Source: an uncultured Acidobacteriota bacterium (GTDB lineage: Bacteria; Acidobacteriota; Thermoanaerobaculia; Thermoanaerobaculales; Sulfomarinibacteraceae). From it: DNA of 64,000 nucleotides. Where the stretch lies: contig CAWJPW010000005.1 in assembly GCA_963844845.1 (NCBI GenBank), forward strand, positions 181,661-245,660. The letters are read 5' to 3'. Of this stretch, positions 16,884 through 24,796 are shown in pieces (position 1 is the stretch's first letter; every line of letters starts with the position of its first letter). A program made the position numbers and the translations under genes. A model generated the notes under the pieces. That model did no database searches. It was not told the origin of the DNA and saw nothing but the letters and a program-made list of their open reading frames with translations.

Positions 16884-17519
16884 ATGACCGCCGTCACAGC
16901 CACGAGCAGCGGACGAGACTGGCAACGCATCGGCCTCTGGCTGGTCGGGTCCACCATGGTCTACAACACGCTCGAGGCACTGGTGGCGGTCTGGGCCGGC
17001 GTTGCCGCCGGGAGCATCGCTCTGGTGGGCTTCGGCCTCGACAGCGTCATCGAGCTCAGCGCCGGAGCGCTCCTGCTCTGGCGCCTGCGAATCGAGGCGA
17101 CCGGCACTGAGGCTGCCGAGGTCGAGCACACCGAGCAGTGGGTGCACCGCTTCGTGGGGATCACCTTCTTCGCCCTCTCGGCCTACATCCTGGTGGACGC
17201 GAGCCTCGCGCTCCTCCATGCGGAGGCACCCCGCGAGAGCCTTCCCGGCATCATCCTCGCGACGCTCTCACTGCTGGTGATGCCACTGGTGGCGTGGGGC
17301 AAGCTGCGCGCCGCCCGGGCCATCGGCAGCCGGGCGCTGGCTGCCGAGGCAAAGGAGACCCTGGCCTGCTCCTACCTCTCGTTCACCCTGCTCCTGGGGC
17401 TCGGATGCAACGCTCTGGCTGGATGGTGGTGGGCCGACCCGGCTGCCGCCCTGCTCATGGTGCCGTGGCTCCTGCACGAGGGCTGGGAGGGGATCCACGG
17501 CGAGGACGACGACGGCTGA
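16884..17519 (+). CDS. Cation-diffusion-facilitator-like membrane protein (transmembrane domain only)
   Basis: ATG at 16884 with a GGAGGA SD. Six hydrophobic spans. Contains GSIALVGFGLDSVIE and an acidic C-terminal tail. Confidence 0.55.
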   Translation: MTAVTATSSGRDWQRIGLWLVGSTMVYNTLEALVAVWAGVAAGSIALVGFGLDSVIELSAGALLLWRLRIEATGTEAAEVEHTEQWVHRFVGITFFALSAYILVDASLALLHAEAPRESLPGIILATLSLLVMPLVAWGKLRAARAIGSRALAAEAKETLACSYLSFTLLLGLGCNALAGWWWADPAAALLMVPWLLHEGWEGIHGEDDDG

Positions 17520-17521
17520 CG

Positions 17522-18388
17522 TCAGTCGCCACCTGCTCCACTGCCGCCGACGAGGATCTGCAGGCGCTCCCACTCGGCGAGGAACTCGCACAGGTTGGCC
17601 TTCTCCTGTCCCAGTGTGACGAGCAGATCGCGGACCCGCTGCTGCTCCTCAGCGTACTCAGCCGCGGTGAAGTGGCCGGCGAAGTGAGCCACCCTGAGCC
17701 ACACGAGATAGGTGGTGACTGCGTCCAGCTCGTTGTAGTCCACGATACGCTGCAGCTCTCCCGCCAGCCACAGGCCGGCCACCTGGTTGCCGTCGACGTC
17801 CATCTTGCCGGGAATCCCGGACAGGACCGCCAGCTCGTGCAGGGACGGCGTGCCCTTCCCCCAGCCGCCCAGCACGTCCCGCAGGTCGACGTGCGCTTCA
17901 GCGCTGCGCGCGAAGTAGTCGATGCCTTCCCACGGTTTGTCCGGTCGGGAGCAGAAGCCGGCCGCGCGGAGACCGAGGATGACGCCGCGCTGCACGAGGA
18001 TCTTGAGGTCGGACTGACCGGAGTTGAAGCCTACCAACTGCGGTCGATAGCGTCCGACGGCGTCCAGAAAGGTCCCCACCACGCCCACCTCGGTAGCCTG
18101 AGCGTCGTCTGCCGGGTCCCGCGGCAGCGACATGAGGCGCAGGGTGATCTCACCGCCTGGCTCCACACGGCGCTCCACCGCGGCAATGGACACCACCCGG
18201 CACACAACCGTCTTGAGGAACGGTGTGGGATCCTCCTCAGTGGCGCCGCCGGCGAGCCACATGGCGTCCAGCACCTCGGCCGGGTCGGTCACCTCGTCGG
18301 GGACGCCGTAAAGCAGCCGACCTGCCGTCGGGTCGGGAACCCACTCAGCGTCGAAGGCCCACACCCGGTCGGTGACGGTCTTGAACAT
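17522..18388 (-). CDS. Predicted 3'-5' exonuclease related to the PolB exonuclease domain (RNase H-like fold)
   Basis: ATG at 18388 with a GGAGG SD. N-terminal WAFDAEWVPD (Exo I DxE), FNSGQSDLKIL and YNELDAVTTY motifs. Confidence 0.7.
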   Translation of the reverse strand: MFKTVTDRVWAFDAEWVPDPTAGRLLYGVPDEVTDPAEVLDAMWLAGGATEEDPTPFLKTVVCRVVSIAAVERRVEPGGEITLRLMSLPRDPADDAQATEVGVVGTFLDAVGRYRPQLVGFNSGQSDLKILVQRGVILGLRAAGFCSRPDKPWEGIDYFARSAEAHVDLRDVLGGWGKGTPSLHELAVLSGIPGKMDVDGNQVAGLWLAGELQRIVDYNELDAVTTYLVWLRVAHFAGHFTAAEYAEEQQRVRDLLVTLGQEKANLCEFLAEWERLQILVGGSGAGGD

Positions 18389-18504
18389 GCCGCAGCCTCC
18401 TCACTGGAGTCGAGACCATTATGCGGCATCGCGAACGCCGCCCCGAGATCAGGTCTTGACTTCCGGGGGGCGACGCCGTCACGCTGGCGGCGCCAGGAGG
18501 GTCG

Positions 18505-20190
18505 ATGGTCAACGAGCCAACCAAGGTGATCTACTCGATGAGCGGGGTGAGCCGCTTCCACGGTACCCGGCAGGTCCTCAAGGACATCTCGTTGGGGTAC
18601 TTCTACGGAGCCAAGATCGGCGTGATCGGCCTCAATGGCGCCGGCAAGAGCTCGCTGCTCAGGATCATGGCAGGGGTCGACCAGGACTTCCAGGGTGAGG
18701 TCGTATGTGCACCCGGCTACTCGGTGGGCTTCCTGCCGCAGGAGCCGCAGCTGGATCCCGAGGCCAGCGTCCTCGACATCGTCAAGGAGGGTGCGCGCGA
18801 GGCGGTCGACCTCCTCGCCGAGTTCGACACCATCGGCGAGCGCTTCGCCGAGCCCATGAACGACCAGGAAATGAACGCGCTGCTCGAGCGTCAGGGCGAG
18901 GTGCAGGCGCGCATCGACGCGCTCGGCGCGTGGGATCTCGACAGCCGCCTCGAGCTCGCCATGGACGCACTCCGTTGCCCGCCCCCCAAGACCCCGATTC
19001 GCGTGCTGTCGGGGGGTGAGGTGCGGCGGGTGGCGCTGTGCCGCCTGCTTCTGCTGCAACCCGACATCCTCCTCCTCGACGAGCCCACCAACCACCTCGA
19101 TGCCGAGTCGGTGGCCTGGCTGGAGCGCCACCTCAAGGGCTACCAGGGCACCGTCATCGCCGTGACCCACGACCGCTACTTCCTCGATAACGTCGCCGGC
19201 TGGATTCTCGAGCTCGACCGCGGCCACGGCATCCCGTGGAAGGGCAACTACTCGTCCTGGTTGGAGCAGAAGCAGGATCGGTTGCGGCGCGAGCAGAAGG
19301 CCGAGAGCCAGAGGCAGAAGACCCTCGAGCGCGAGCTGGAGTGGGTCCGGATGTCACCCCGTGGCCGGCATGACAAGAGCAAGGCCCGGGTCAAGAGCTA
19401 CCAGGCTCTACTCGCCCAGGAGAGCGACCGTCTCGCCCGCGAGCTGGAGATCTACATCCCGCCCGGCCCCCGTCTCGGCGACGTAGTCATCGAGGCGCAG
19501 GGGGTACGCAAGGCGTTCGGCGACCGCCTCCTGGTGGACGACATGACCTTCACCATTCCACCGGGTGCCGTGGTGGGCGTGGTTGGGCCCAACGGCGCCG
19601 GCAAGACGACGCTGTTCCAGATGATCACCGGGCAGGAGACGCCCGACGCCGGCCTTCTCCGGCTCGGCGACACGGTGGAGCTTGCCTACGTGGACCAGAG
19701 CCGAAGCACCCTCGACCCTGACCGCACGGTCTGGGAGGTCATCTCCGAGGGCAGTGAGTCGGTTCGCCTGGGCCGTGCCGAGGTGAGCTCGCGCGCCTAC
19801 GTAGGCCGCTTCAACTTCTCGGGCGCCGACCAGCAGAAGCGCGTGGCCGATCTCTCGGGCGGCGAGCGCAACCGCGTTCATCTCGCCCGGATGCTCAAGC
19901 AGGGCGCCAACGTGCTTCTTCTCGACGAGCCCACCAACGACCTCGACGTGAACACCCTGCGCGCCCTCGAGGAGGCGATCCTCGCCTTCGCCGGCAGCGT
20001 GGTGGTCATCAGCCACGACCGCTGGTTCCTCGACCGCGTGGCCACCCACGTCCTCGCCTTCGAGGGCGACAGCCGTGTGCTTTTCTTCGATGGCATGTAC
20101 TCGGAGTACGAGGCCGATCGCAGGGCGCGCCTGGGCGCCGCCGCGGAGAGGCCGCACCGTATCACCTACCGTTCCCTGACCCGGACCTGA
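18505..20190 (+). CDS. ettA: Energy-dependent translational throttle protein EttA (ABC-F ATPase)
   Basis: Two ABC cassettes (GLNGAGKSS, LSGGEVRR, LLLDEPTNHLD; GPNGAGKTT, LSGGERNR, LLLDEPTNDLD), 561 aa, with an EttA-like N-terminus. Confidence 0.92.
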   Translation: MVNEPTKVIYSMSGVSRFHGTRQVLKDISLGYFYGAKIGVIGLNGAGKSSLLRIMAGVDQDFQGEVVCAPGYSVGFLPQEPQLDPEASVLDIVKEGAREAVDLLAEFDTIGERFAEPMNDQEMNALLERQGEVQARIDALGAWDLDSRLELAMDALRCPPPKTPIRVLSGGEVRRVALCRLLLLQPDILLLDEPTNHLDAESVAWLERHLKGYQGTVIAVTHDRYFLDNVAGWILELDRGHGIPWKGNYSSWLEQKQDRLRREQKAESQRQKTLERELEWVRMSPRGRHDKSKARVKSYQALLAQESDRLARELEIYIPPGPRLGDVVIEAQGVRKAFGDRLLVDDMTFTIPPGAVVGVVGPNGAGKTTLFQMITGQETPDAGLLRLGDTVELAYVDQSRSTLDPDRTVWEVISEGSESVRLGRAEVSSRAYVGRFNFSGADQQKRVADLSGGERNRVHLARMLKQGANVLLLDEPTNDLDVNTLRALEEAILAFAGSVVVISHDRWFLDRVATHVLAFEGDSRVLFFDGMYSEYEADRRARLGAAAERPHRITYRSLTRT

Positions 20191-20239
20191 CCGGTCCGTG
20201 CCACGACACACCGCGGTGTGGACCGCGGGGAGGTATGAC

Positions 20240-20698
20240 ATGCGCCACCTGACAACGTCCGTGATCGTCGTCCTCGTCGTCGCCACAGCGCTCGCCGGCG
20301 GGCGCTCGGCGGGCGCCCAGACCACTACGCCTGCCGCGACCACCCCCACCGCGACCGCCCAACGGGAAACGCCTCACGAGATACCCGGCCAGTGGCTCCG
20401 TGACGTCCAGAAGCGGCGTGACGAGATCGCCACGCGCCACGAGGCCATGATGGTCCGTCTCGACGCGCTCTCCAAGACGATGAACCAGGCCACCGGGCAG
20501 GCCAAGATCGACGCCATGGCCGCCCTCCTCAACGAGCTCGTGGCACAGCAGAAAGCGACGCTTGAGAAAGCCGGGGCGCAGACCACGGGCCGCTTCGAGC
20601 CGGCGCGCCGGCGGCGGGTGCCGCCGGGCGCCCGCAACCGAGTCGCGCCAGCCTCGCAACCGACGCCGCCTCCGGACGGCAAGAACCCAACTCCTTGA
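20240..20698 (+). CDS. Secreted alpha-helical hypothetical protein
   Basis: ATG at 20240. Signal peptide MRHLTTSVIVVLVVATALAGGRSAGA, followed by helical sequence and a Pro/Arg-rich tail. Confidence 0.5.
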   Translation: MRHLTTSVIVVLVVATALAGGRSAGAQTTTPAATTPTATAQRETPHEIPGQWLRDVQKRRDEIATRHEAMMVRLDALSKTMNQATGQAKIDAMAALLNELVAQQKATLEKAGAQTTGRFEPARRRRVPPGARNRVAPASQPTPPPDGKNPTP

Positions 20699-20747
20699 GC
20701 CGTAAAGGCACAGCGATCGCAATGGCTGGCGTCACAGGGAGGATCCC

Positions 20748-21245
20748 GTGCTCGAGCTGCTGAGGATCTCTTCGCTTCCCAACCTCCACCCGGCGGTGGT
20801 CCACTTCCCACTCGCCCTGGCGCCGGCCGCCTTCCTCTTCGACCTGATCGCCATCGCCGTGAGGCGCCGGCTCTGGCTCGATCGCACCGGAACCGCGTTG
20901 TGGGTGATGGCCGGGCTCGGGGCGCTGGCCGCCTACCTGGCCGGGCTCAACGCCGAGGATCACGTCGCCGGCAGTCTCGCGCCCCGTGCCGAGGCGGTGA
21001 TGTACGACCATCGTGACTGGGCCCTGCGAGCACTCATCATCATGGGTGCGGCGGTGTTCCTCCGCCTCCTCGTGGCCTGGCGGGAGCGCGGACGCGGCCA
21101 CGTCGCCGTCACGCCCCTCCGCGCCGTTGCACTGCTGGCCGGCGCCCTCACCCTGGTGCTGCTCGTGGTCACAGCCGACCACGGCGGCAGTCTCGTGTAC
21201 CACTGGGGCGCAGCGGTGACCCCGGTCTCCACGAGTGGTGGTTGA
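20748..21245 (+). CDS. DUF2231-like integral membrane protein
   Basis: GTG at 20748 with a GGGAGG SD. NLHPAVVHFPLAL motif, four TM spans, and DHGGSLVYHWG near the C-terminus. Confidence 0.65.
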   Translation: MLELLRISSLPNLHPAVVHFPLALAPAAFLFDLIAIAVRRRLWLDRTGTALWVMAGLGALAAYLAGLNAEDHVAGSLAPRAEAVMYDHRDWALRALIIMGAAVFLRLLVAWRERGRGHVAVTPLRAVALLAGALTLVLLVVTADHGGSLVYHWGAAVTPVSTSGG

Positions 21246-21488
21246 GTGGTTGGCCGAGAGCGGCCGGCACCACGCTGCACAGAACCGGCACGTGGAAACT
21301 AACCCTAGCTCAGACCTCAGGTTGCGCCAACGGGAGCGTTCGGCTAGCCTGAACTGTGGGCCCCCGGTCGCGGAGGCCCCGAATTGGGGGGGAGATGAAG
21401 CGCATCGACGGCGGCCGCCGGTTGTGCCGGTCGCGCACGGCCCCGACGAGCCGTGAGCCCTTTGTCCAGCCTCGTGGGTCGGGCTGCG

Positions 21489-22622
21489 ATGAGTGACCCG
21501 CGGCGCCACGCCGGCCTCCGACAGCTGGTGGAGCGTACCTGGGAGCGCAATCTTCTCTTCTCCGTGCTCGTCGAGCTTACCTATCGCTGTAACCTCGACT
21601 GCTTCTTCTGCTACAACGACGTCGGCCTCGGCGGTACCCCCCTCACCACCGACCAGTGGCTCGCCTTCTTCCGCGACCTCGCCGCGATGCAGGTCCTCAA
21701 CCTCACCCTGAGCGGCGGCGAACCTCTCGCCCATCCCGAGTTCTTCCGCCTCGGCAGCACCGCCCGTGACCTGGGCTTCGCCGTGCGTATCAAGACCAAC
21801 GGGCACGCGATCACCCGGTCCGTGGCGCGCCGCCTCAAGGACGAGGTCGACCCGTTCAACCTCGACGTCAGCCTCCACGGCGCCAGCGCCGCCACCCACG
21901 ACCGCCAGACTCGCGTACCCGGCAGCTTCACCCGGCTCCTGGCCAACCTCCAGATCATGCGCGCCGAAGGCCTGCGCGTACGCGCCAACTGCACGCTGAC
22001 GCGCTGGAACGAGGATGAGCTGGAGGCGCTCTTCGCCCTCGCCGACCGGCTCGGCCTCACCCTCACGGTGTCCCCCCAGGTTTCGCCCCGCGACGACGGC
22101 GACCGCGCGCCGCTGGGGATTGCACCATCGCCGGCGGGCATAGCGACGCTGTACCGCCTGCTGGCGGAGCAACGTCGTGTCCGGGTCGCCGACGAGGATC
22201 CCGCCCCGCAGGCGGCGTGCAGCGGCGAGCACCTGCCGTCCCTCACCACCAAGAACTGCGGCGCGGGCTCCGGCGGCGTGGCCGTGGATCCCATGGGCAA
22301 CGTGCTTCCCTGCGTGCAGTGGCGTCGGCCGGTGGGGAACCTACACGAACGCTCCATCAAGGAGATCTGGGCCGACTCGCCGCGCCTCGCTGAGGTCCGC
22401 GGGGTGACGGCCGCTGCGCGGGAGCACCGCGACCGCCTGGCAGCTGCACGCAGCCAGCCCACCCTGTTCTGCCCTGCTCTGGCCGAGACGCTCACCGGAC
22501 ATCCCCTCGGCGTCTACCCCGAGGTCGCACCTGAAGCGGGAGGTCGGTTCCCGGCAAGCGACGGCTCGGTTCTCCCGATGCTACCCGACCACGCCTCAAT
22601 ACCGTTCCTGCCCGAAGTGTGA
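21489..22622 (+). CDS. Radical SAM enzyme with truncated SPASM/twitch-like C-terminal domain (putative peptide maturase)
   Basis: CNLDCFFC (CxxxCxxC) cluster motif and a SGGEPL SAM-binding motif. The C-terminal NCGAGSGGVAVDPMGNVLPC ... FCP provides only 3 auxiliary Cys. The start is either ATG 21489 or GTG 21453. Confidence 0.8.
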   Translation: MSDPRRHAGLRQLVERTWERNLLFSVLVELTYRCNLDCFFCYNDVGLGGTPLTTDQWLAFFRDLAAMQVLNLTLSGGEPLAHPEFFRLGSTARDLGFAVRIKTNGHAITRSVARRLKDEVDPFNLDVSLHGASAATHDRQTRVPGSFTRLLANLQIMRAEGLRVRANCTLTRWNEDELEALFALADRLGLTLTVSPQVSPRDDGDRAPLGIAPSPAGIATLYRLLAEQRRVRVADEDPAPQAACSGEHLPSLTTKNCGAGSGGVAVDPMGNVLPCVQWRRPVGNLHERSIKEIWADSPRLAEVRGVTAAAREHRDRLAAARSQPTLFCPALAETLTGHPLGVYPEVAPEAGGRFPASDGSVLPMLPDHASIPFLPEV

Positions 22623-22810
22623 CTGAAGAGGACATGAGAGCCGCACTCGACGCCTCGTCGTCCGCTCCGCCGCGACGAGAGAGGCGGCCCTGGACGGCCC
22701 CTCGCATCGTCTCGCGGCAGCCGCTCGAAGCCATCGCCGCGGCGTGCACCCCCTCCACCGAAGGCGGGTCCGGCAAAGCCGACCCCACCCGTGGCACGCC
22801 CGGCTTCTGA
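22619..22810 (+). CDS. Candidate RiPP precursor peptide (63 aa; 58 aa if it starts at ATG 22634)
   Basis: The GTG overlaps the radical-SAM stop (GTGA). GC3 is about 85%. The leader-like PWTAPRIV fits the (Y/W)xxPx(L/I) RRE-binding pattern. The Gly/Ser/Thr/Pro-rich C-terminal part has a single Cys (AAACTPSTEGGSGKADPTRGTPGF). Confidence 0.4.
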   Translation: MTEEDMRAALDASSSAPPRRERRPWTAPRIVSRQPLEAIAAACTPSTEGGSGKADPTRGTPGF

Positions 22811-22812
22811 CG

Positions 22813-23100
22813 CTACGCCTCGGCAGCCGGCACGATGAGGCCGGCAGCCACGGCATCTTCAATGAATCCCTCGAGGTCGGTACGCAGCCGGGCGACGGGC
22901 GCCTCGAACTCCTCCACAAGCCGCGACGCGATCGCGCCGAAGCTCTCGCCATCGTCCACGAGACACAGCACCCGCGCCGCAACCTCGTTGAGGATCAACA
23001 CCTCGCCCGGCCCCTGTCGCAGCACCACGGCCTCATCCTCGACAACCCGATAACGCACGTCACGACAGAGCTCGAACCGGCAGTTGTCGTCCATCCTCAC
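22813..23100 (-). CDS. PqqD-family protein (RiPP recognition element / peptide chaperone)
   Basis: About 93 aa. RYRVVEDEAVVLRQGPGEVLILNEVAARVLCLVDDGESFGAIASRLVEEFE matches the PqqD winged-helix pattern. The start is GTG 23100 or ATG 23094. Confidence 0.75.
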   Translation of the reverse strand: MRMDDNCRFELCRDVRYRVVEDEAVVLRQGPGEVLILNEVAARVLCLVDDGESFGAIASRLVEEFEAPVARLRTDLEGFIEDAVAAGLIVPAAEA

Positions 23101-23324
23101 ACCTGCCCCCCGGCGATCTCGCTCATGATCCGTATCACTCCCGACTGCCGCCCGAACGTGAGCACACCGGTGCCCACCGTCACGGTGGAGCCATCGCGAA
23201 CCGCCGGCGCCGTGTAGCTGCCGCAGACCGTCACCGCCACCGGGCCAGAGGCCGCCAGTCCCGCCGACGCCTGGGCCCGTCGCCTCCTCCTCTCAGCCAT
23301 CGAGCAGTGGTCGCCGTCCCCCAC
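23097..23324 (-). CDS. Small ORF translationally coupled to the PqqD gene (75 aa from GTG 23324, or 67 aa from ATG 23300)
   Basis: Its stop overlaps the PqqD start (GTGA). GC3 is about 86%. A TACTAT box lies 7 nt upstream of GTG 23324. No family recognised. Confidence 0.35.
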   Translation of the reverse strand: MGDGDHCSMAERRRRRAQASAGLAASGPVAVTVCGSYTAPAVRDGSTVTVGTGVLTFGRQSGVIRIMSEIAGGQV

Positions 23325-23331
23325 GCCGTCG

Positions 23332-23337
23332 ATAGTA
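23332..23337 (-). promoter_or_regulatory. -10-like TACTAT box 7 nt before GTG 23324 (leaderless-type geometry)
   Basis: The plus strand reads ATAGTA at 23332-23337. The geometry matches the other leaderless candidates. Confidence 0.3.
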
Positions 23338-23443
23338 GCAGGCGGTCGCCTCCCGGGCGCGGCTGACCACGGCGACCGTCGTGGCGATGACAACAGGGAT
23401 GTGTCGCCGACCAGCGCGAGCGGAACGCCCTTCTCGCAGAGGT

Positions 23444-24517
23444 CTACTCTCCACTCGGAGGCGGCCGCACCACCGACGCCTCGTCGACCAGCCGTGGTGA
23501 GGTGTCGAGCATGACCGCGACCCAGCGGAGGTCCTCGGTGTTCTCCAGCAGGATCTTCACCACCATGGTGAGAGGGACCGAGAGCAGCATCCCTAAAGGC
23601 CCCCACACCCAGCCCCAGAACACGAGAGAGAGAAAGACGACCAACGGTGAGAGACCCAGCCGGCGGCCCATGAGCTGCGGCTCGACGACATTCCCCAACA
23701 CCATGTTCACCGCGATGAAGCCGGCGGCCGCAAGCAGGGCTCTCCCCGGGCCGAGCTGGAGCAGGGCGAGGAGTACCGGCGGCACGGCGGCGATGATGGA
23801 GCCGAGGTTGGGGATGTAGTTGAGGAGAAAGGCGAGCAGGCCCCAGAGGAGTGCGAAGTCCACGCCGAGGATGGCGAGCCAGCCCCCCAGGACGATCCCG
23901 GTGACCACGCTCACCGCGGTCTTGATCCCCAGGTAGTGCTGAACCTCCACCATGACCTTGGTGAAGCGTCCCAGGTCGGCGCCCGGCCGTCCCAGCGCCG
24001 CCCGGACCTTGCTCGGCAGACCGGCCGCTTCGAGCAGGATGAAGACGAGGATGAGAAACACCATGACCACGTTGGAGACGGCGGCGGCGAGGGTCTTGAG
24101 CGTTCCCGCCATCATCCCCATCACCGAGCCGACGCTCACGATCGATGAGAGGCGGTCCCCGGGGAGATCCACTCGGTGCATCCGCAGCCAGGTCGCGGCG
24201 GAGCGGAGCAGCGCCGTGAGCCGGGCCTGGTACTCCGGGAGAGCTGCGGTGAACTCGTTCACCGAGCCCCCGATCATCGCCCCCACCCCGACCAGCACGC
24301 CCATCACCGCCACGACCACCAACAGCACTGCCAACACTGTCGGTAGCCGCCGTTGCAACCAACGCACCGCGGGTACGCAGAGGATGGCGAGGAACGCGGC
24401 GATGAGTAGCGGGATGAGGAGAGTCTGAGCGGCCCGCAGCCCAGCCACGACGACCACCACGGCCGCTGCGGTCAGGAGCATCCCTGGACCGCCTGCACGC
24501 ACCTCCGACGAACTCAT
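23444..24517 (-). CDS. AI-2E family transporter (PerM/YhhT-like permease)
   Basis: Eight or so TM spans. LLNYIPNLGSII and NVVEPQLMGRRLGLSPLVVFLSL motifs. An alternative upstream start at 24640 would add an acidic 41-aa extension. Confidence 0.8.
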   Translation of the reverse strand: MSSSEVRAGGPGMLLTAAAVVVVVAGLRAAQTLLIPLLIAAFLAILCVPAVRWLQRRLPTVLAVLLVVVAVMGVLVGVGAMIGGSVNEFTAALPEYQARLTALLRSAATWLRMHRVDLPGDRLSSIVSVGSVMGMMAGTLKTLAAAVSNVVMVFLILVFILLEAAGLPSKVRAALGRPGADLGRFTKVMVEVQHYLGIKTAVSVVTGIVLGGWLAILGVDFALLWGLLAFLLNYIPNLGSIIAAVPPVLLALLQLGPGRALLAAAGFIAVNMVLGNVVEPQLMGRRLGLSPLVVFLSLVFWGWVWGPLGMLLSVPLTMVVKILLENTEDLRWVAVMLDTSPRLVDEASVVRPPPSGE

Positions 24518-24796
24518 GGGAGAAGGATAGCGGAGGGACCCCCGACCCGCCACCCCGGGGGACTCAGGCTCAGAGGTGCTCTCTTCCTCCCCAGCCTCTA
24601 GGGCGACGACGAGATTGGTGCGGGGCCCCATCCTCTCCAACGAGTTCCGCTCGACACGACTGACCCCAGGGCCACAGGCGGTTGGTCATTGCGATCTCGT
24701 GACCGCGACCGGAAGGATCGTCGGCGACACCGAGCCCTGGGAAACGGCCTCAGCTGGGGGTGGGGTCGGTCCTCTCTACCTCGGGACTCGGCGCGG

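Noticed and set aside
17138-18529. 463-aa plus-strand ORF across the CDF-like gene end and the exonuclease gene
   Set aside because: It is antisense to the PolB-like exonuclease gene, has no domains, and has Arg/Gly/Pro-rich shadow-frame composition.
21395-21496. 33-aa ORF (MKRIDGGRRLCRSRTAPTSREPFVQPRGSGCDE) just upstream of, and overlapping, the radical SAM start. Considered as a third precursor candidate.
   Set aside because: GC3 is high and there are two Cys. However, the G-run SD abuts the ATG, the sequence is highly basic with no leader-like motif, and it overlaps the likely rSAM start. The evidence is too weak to call, but it should be rechecked if the locus is studied.
20529-22232. 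567-aa minus-strand ORF covering the DUF2231 and radical SAM genes
   Set aside because: It is antisense to two genes with clear motifs and has shadow-frame composition.
23097-24362. 421-aa minus-strand ORF overlapping the AI-2E transporter gene
   Set aside because: Most of it lies in an alternative frame of the transporter gene and is Arg/Gly/Pro-rich. Only its last 67-75 codons (23097-23324), outside the transporter gene, were kept as a low-confidence small ORF.
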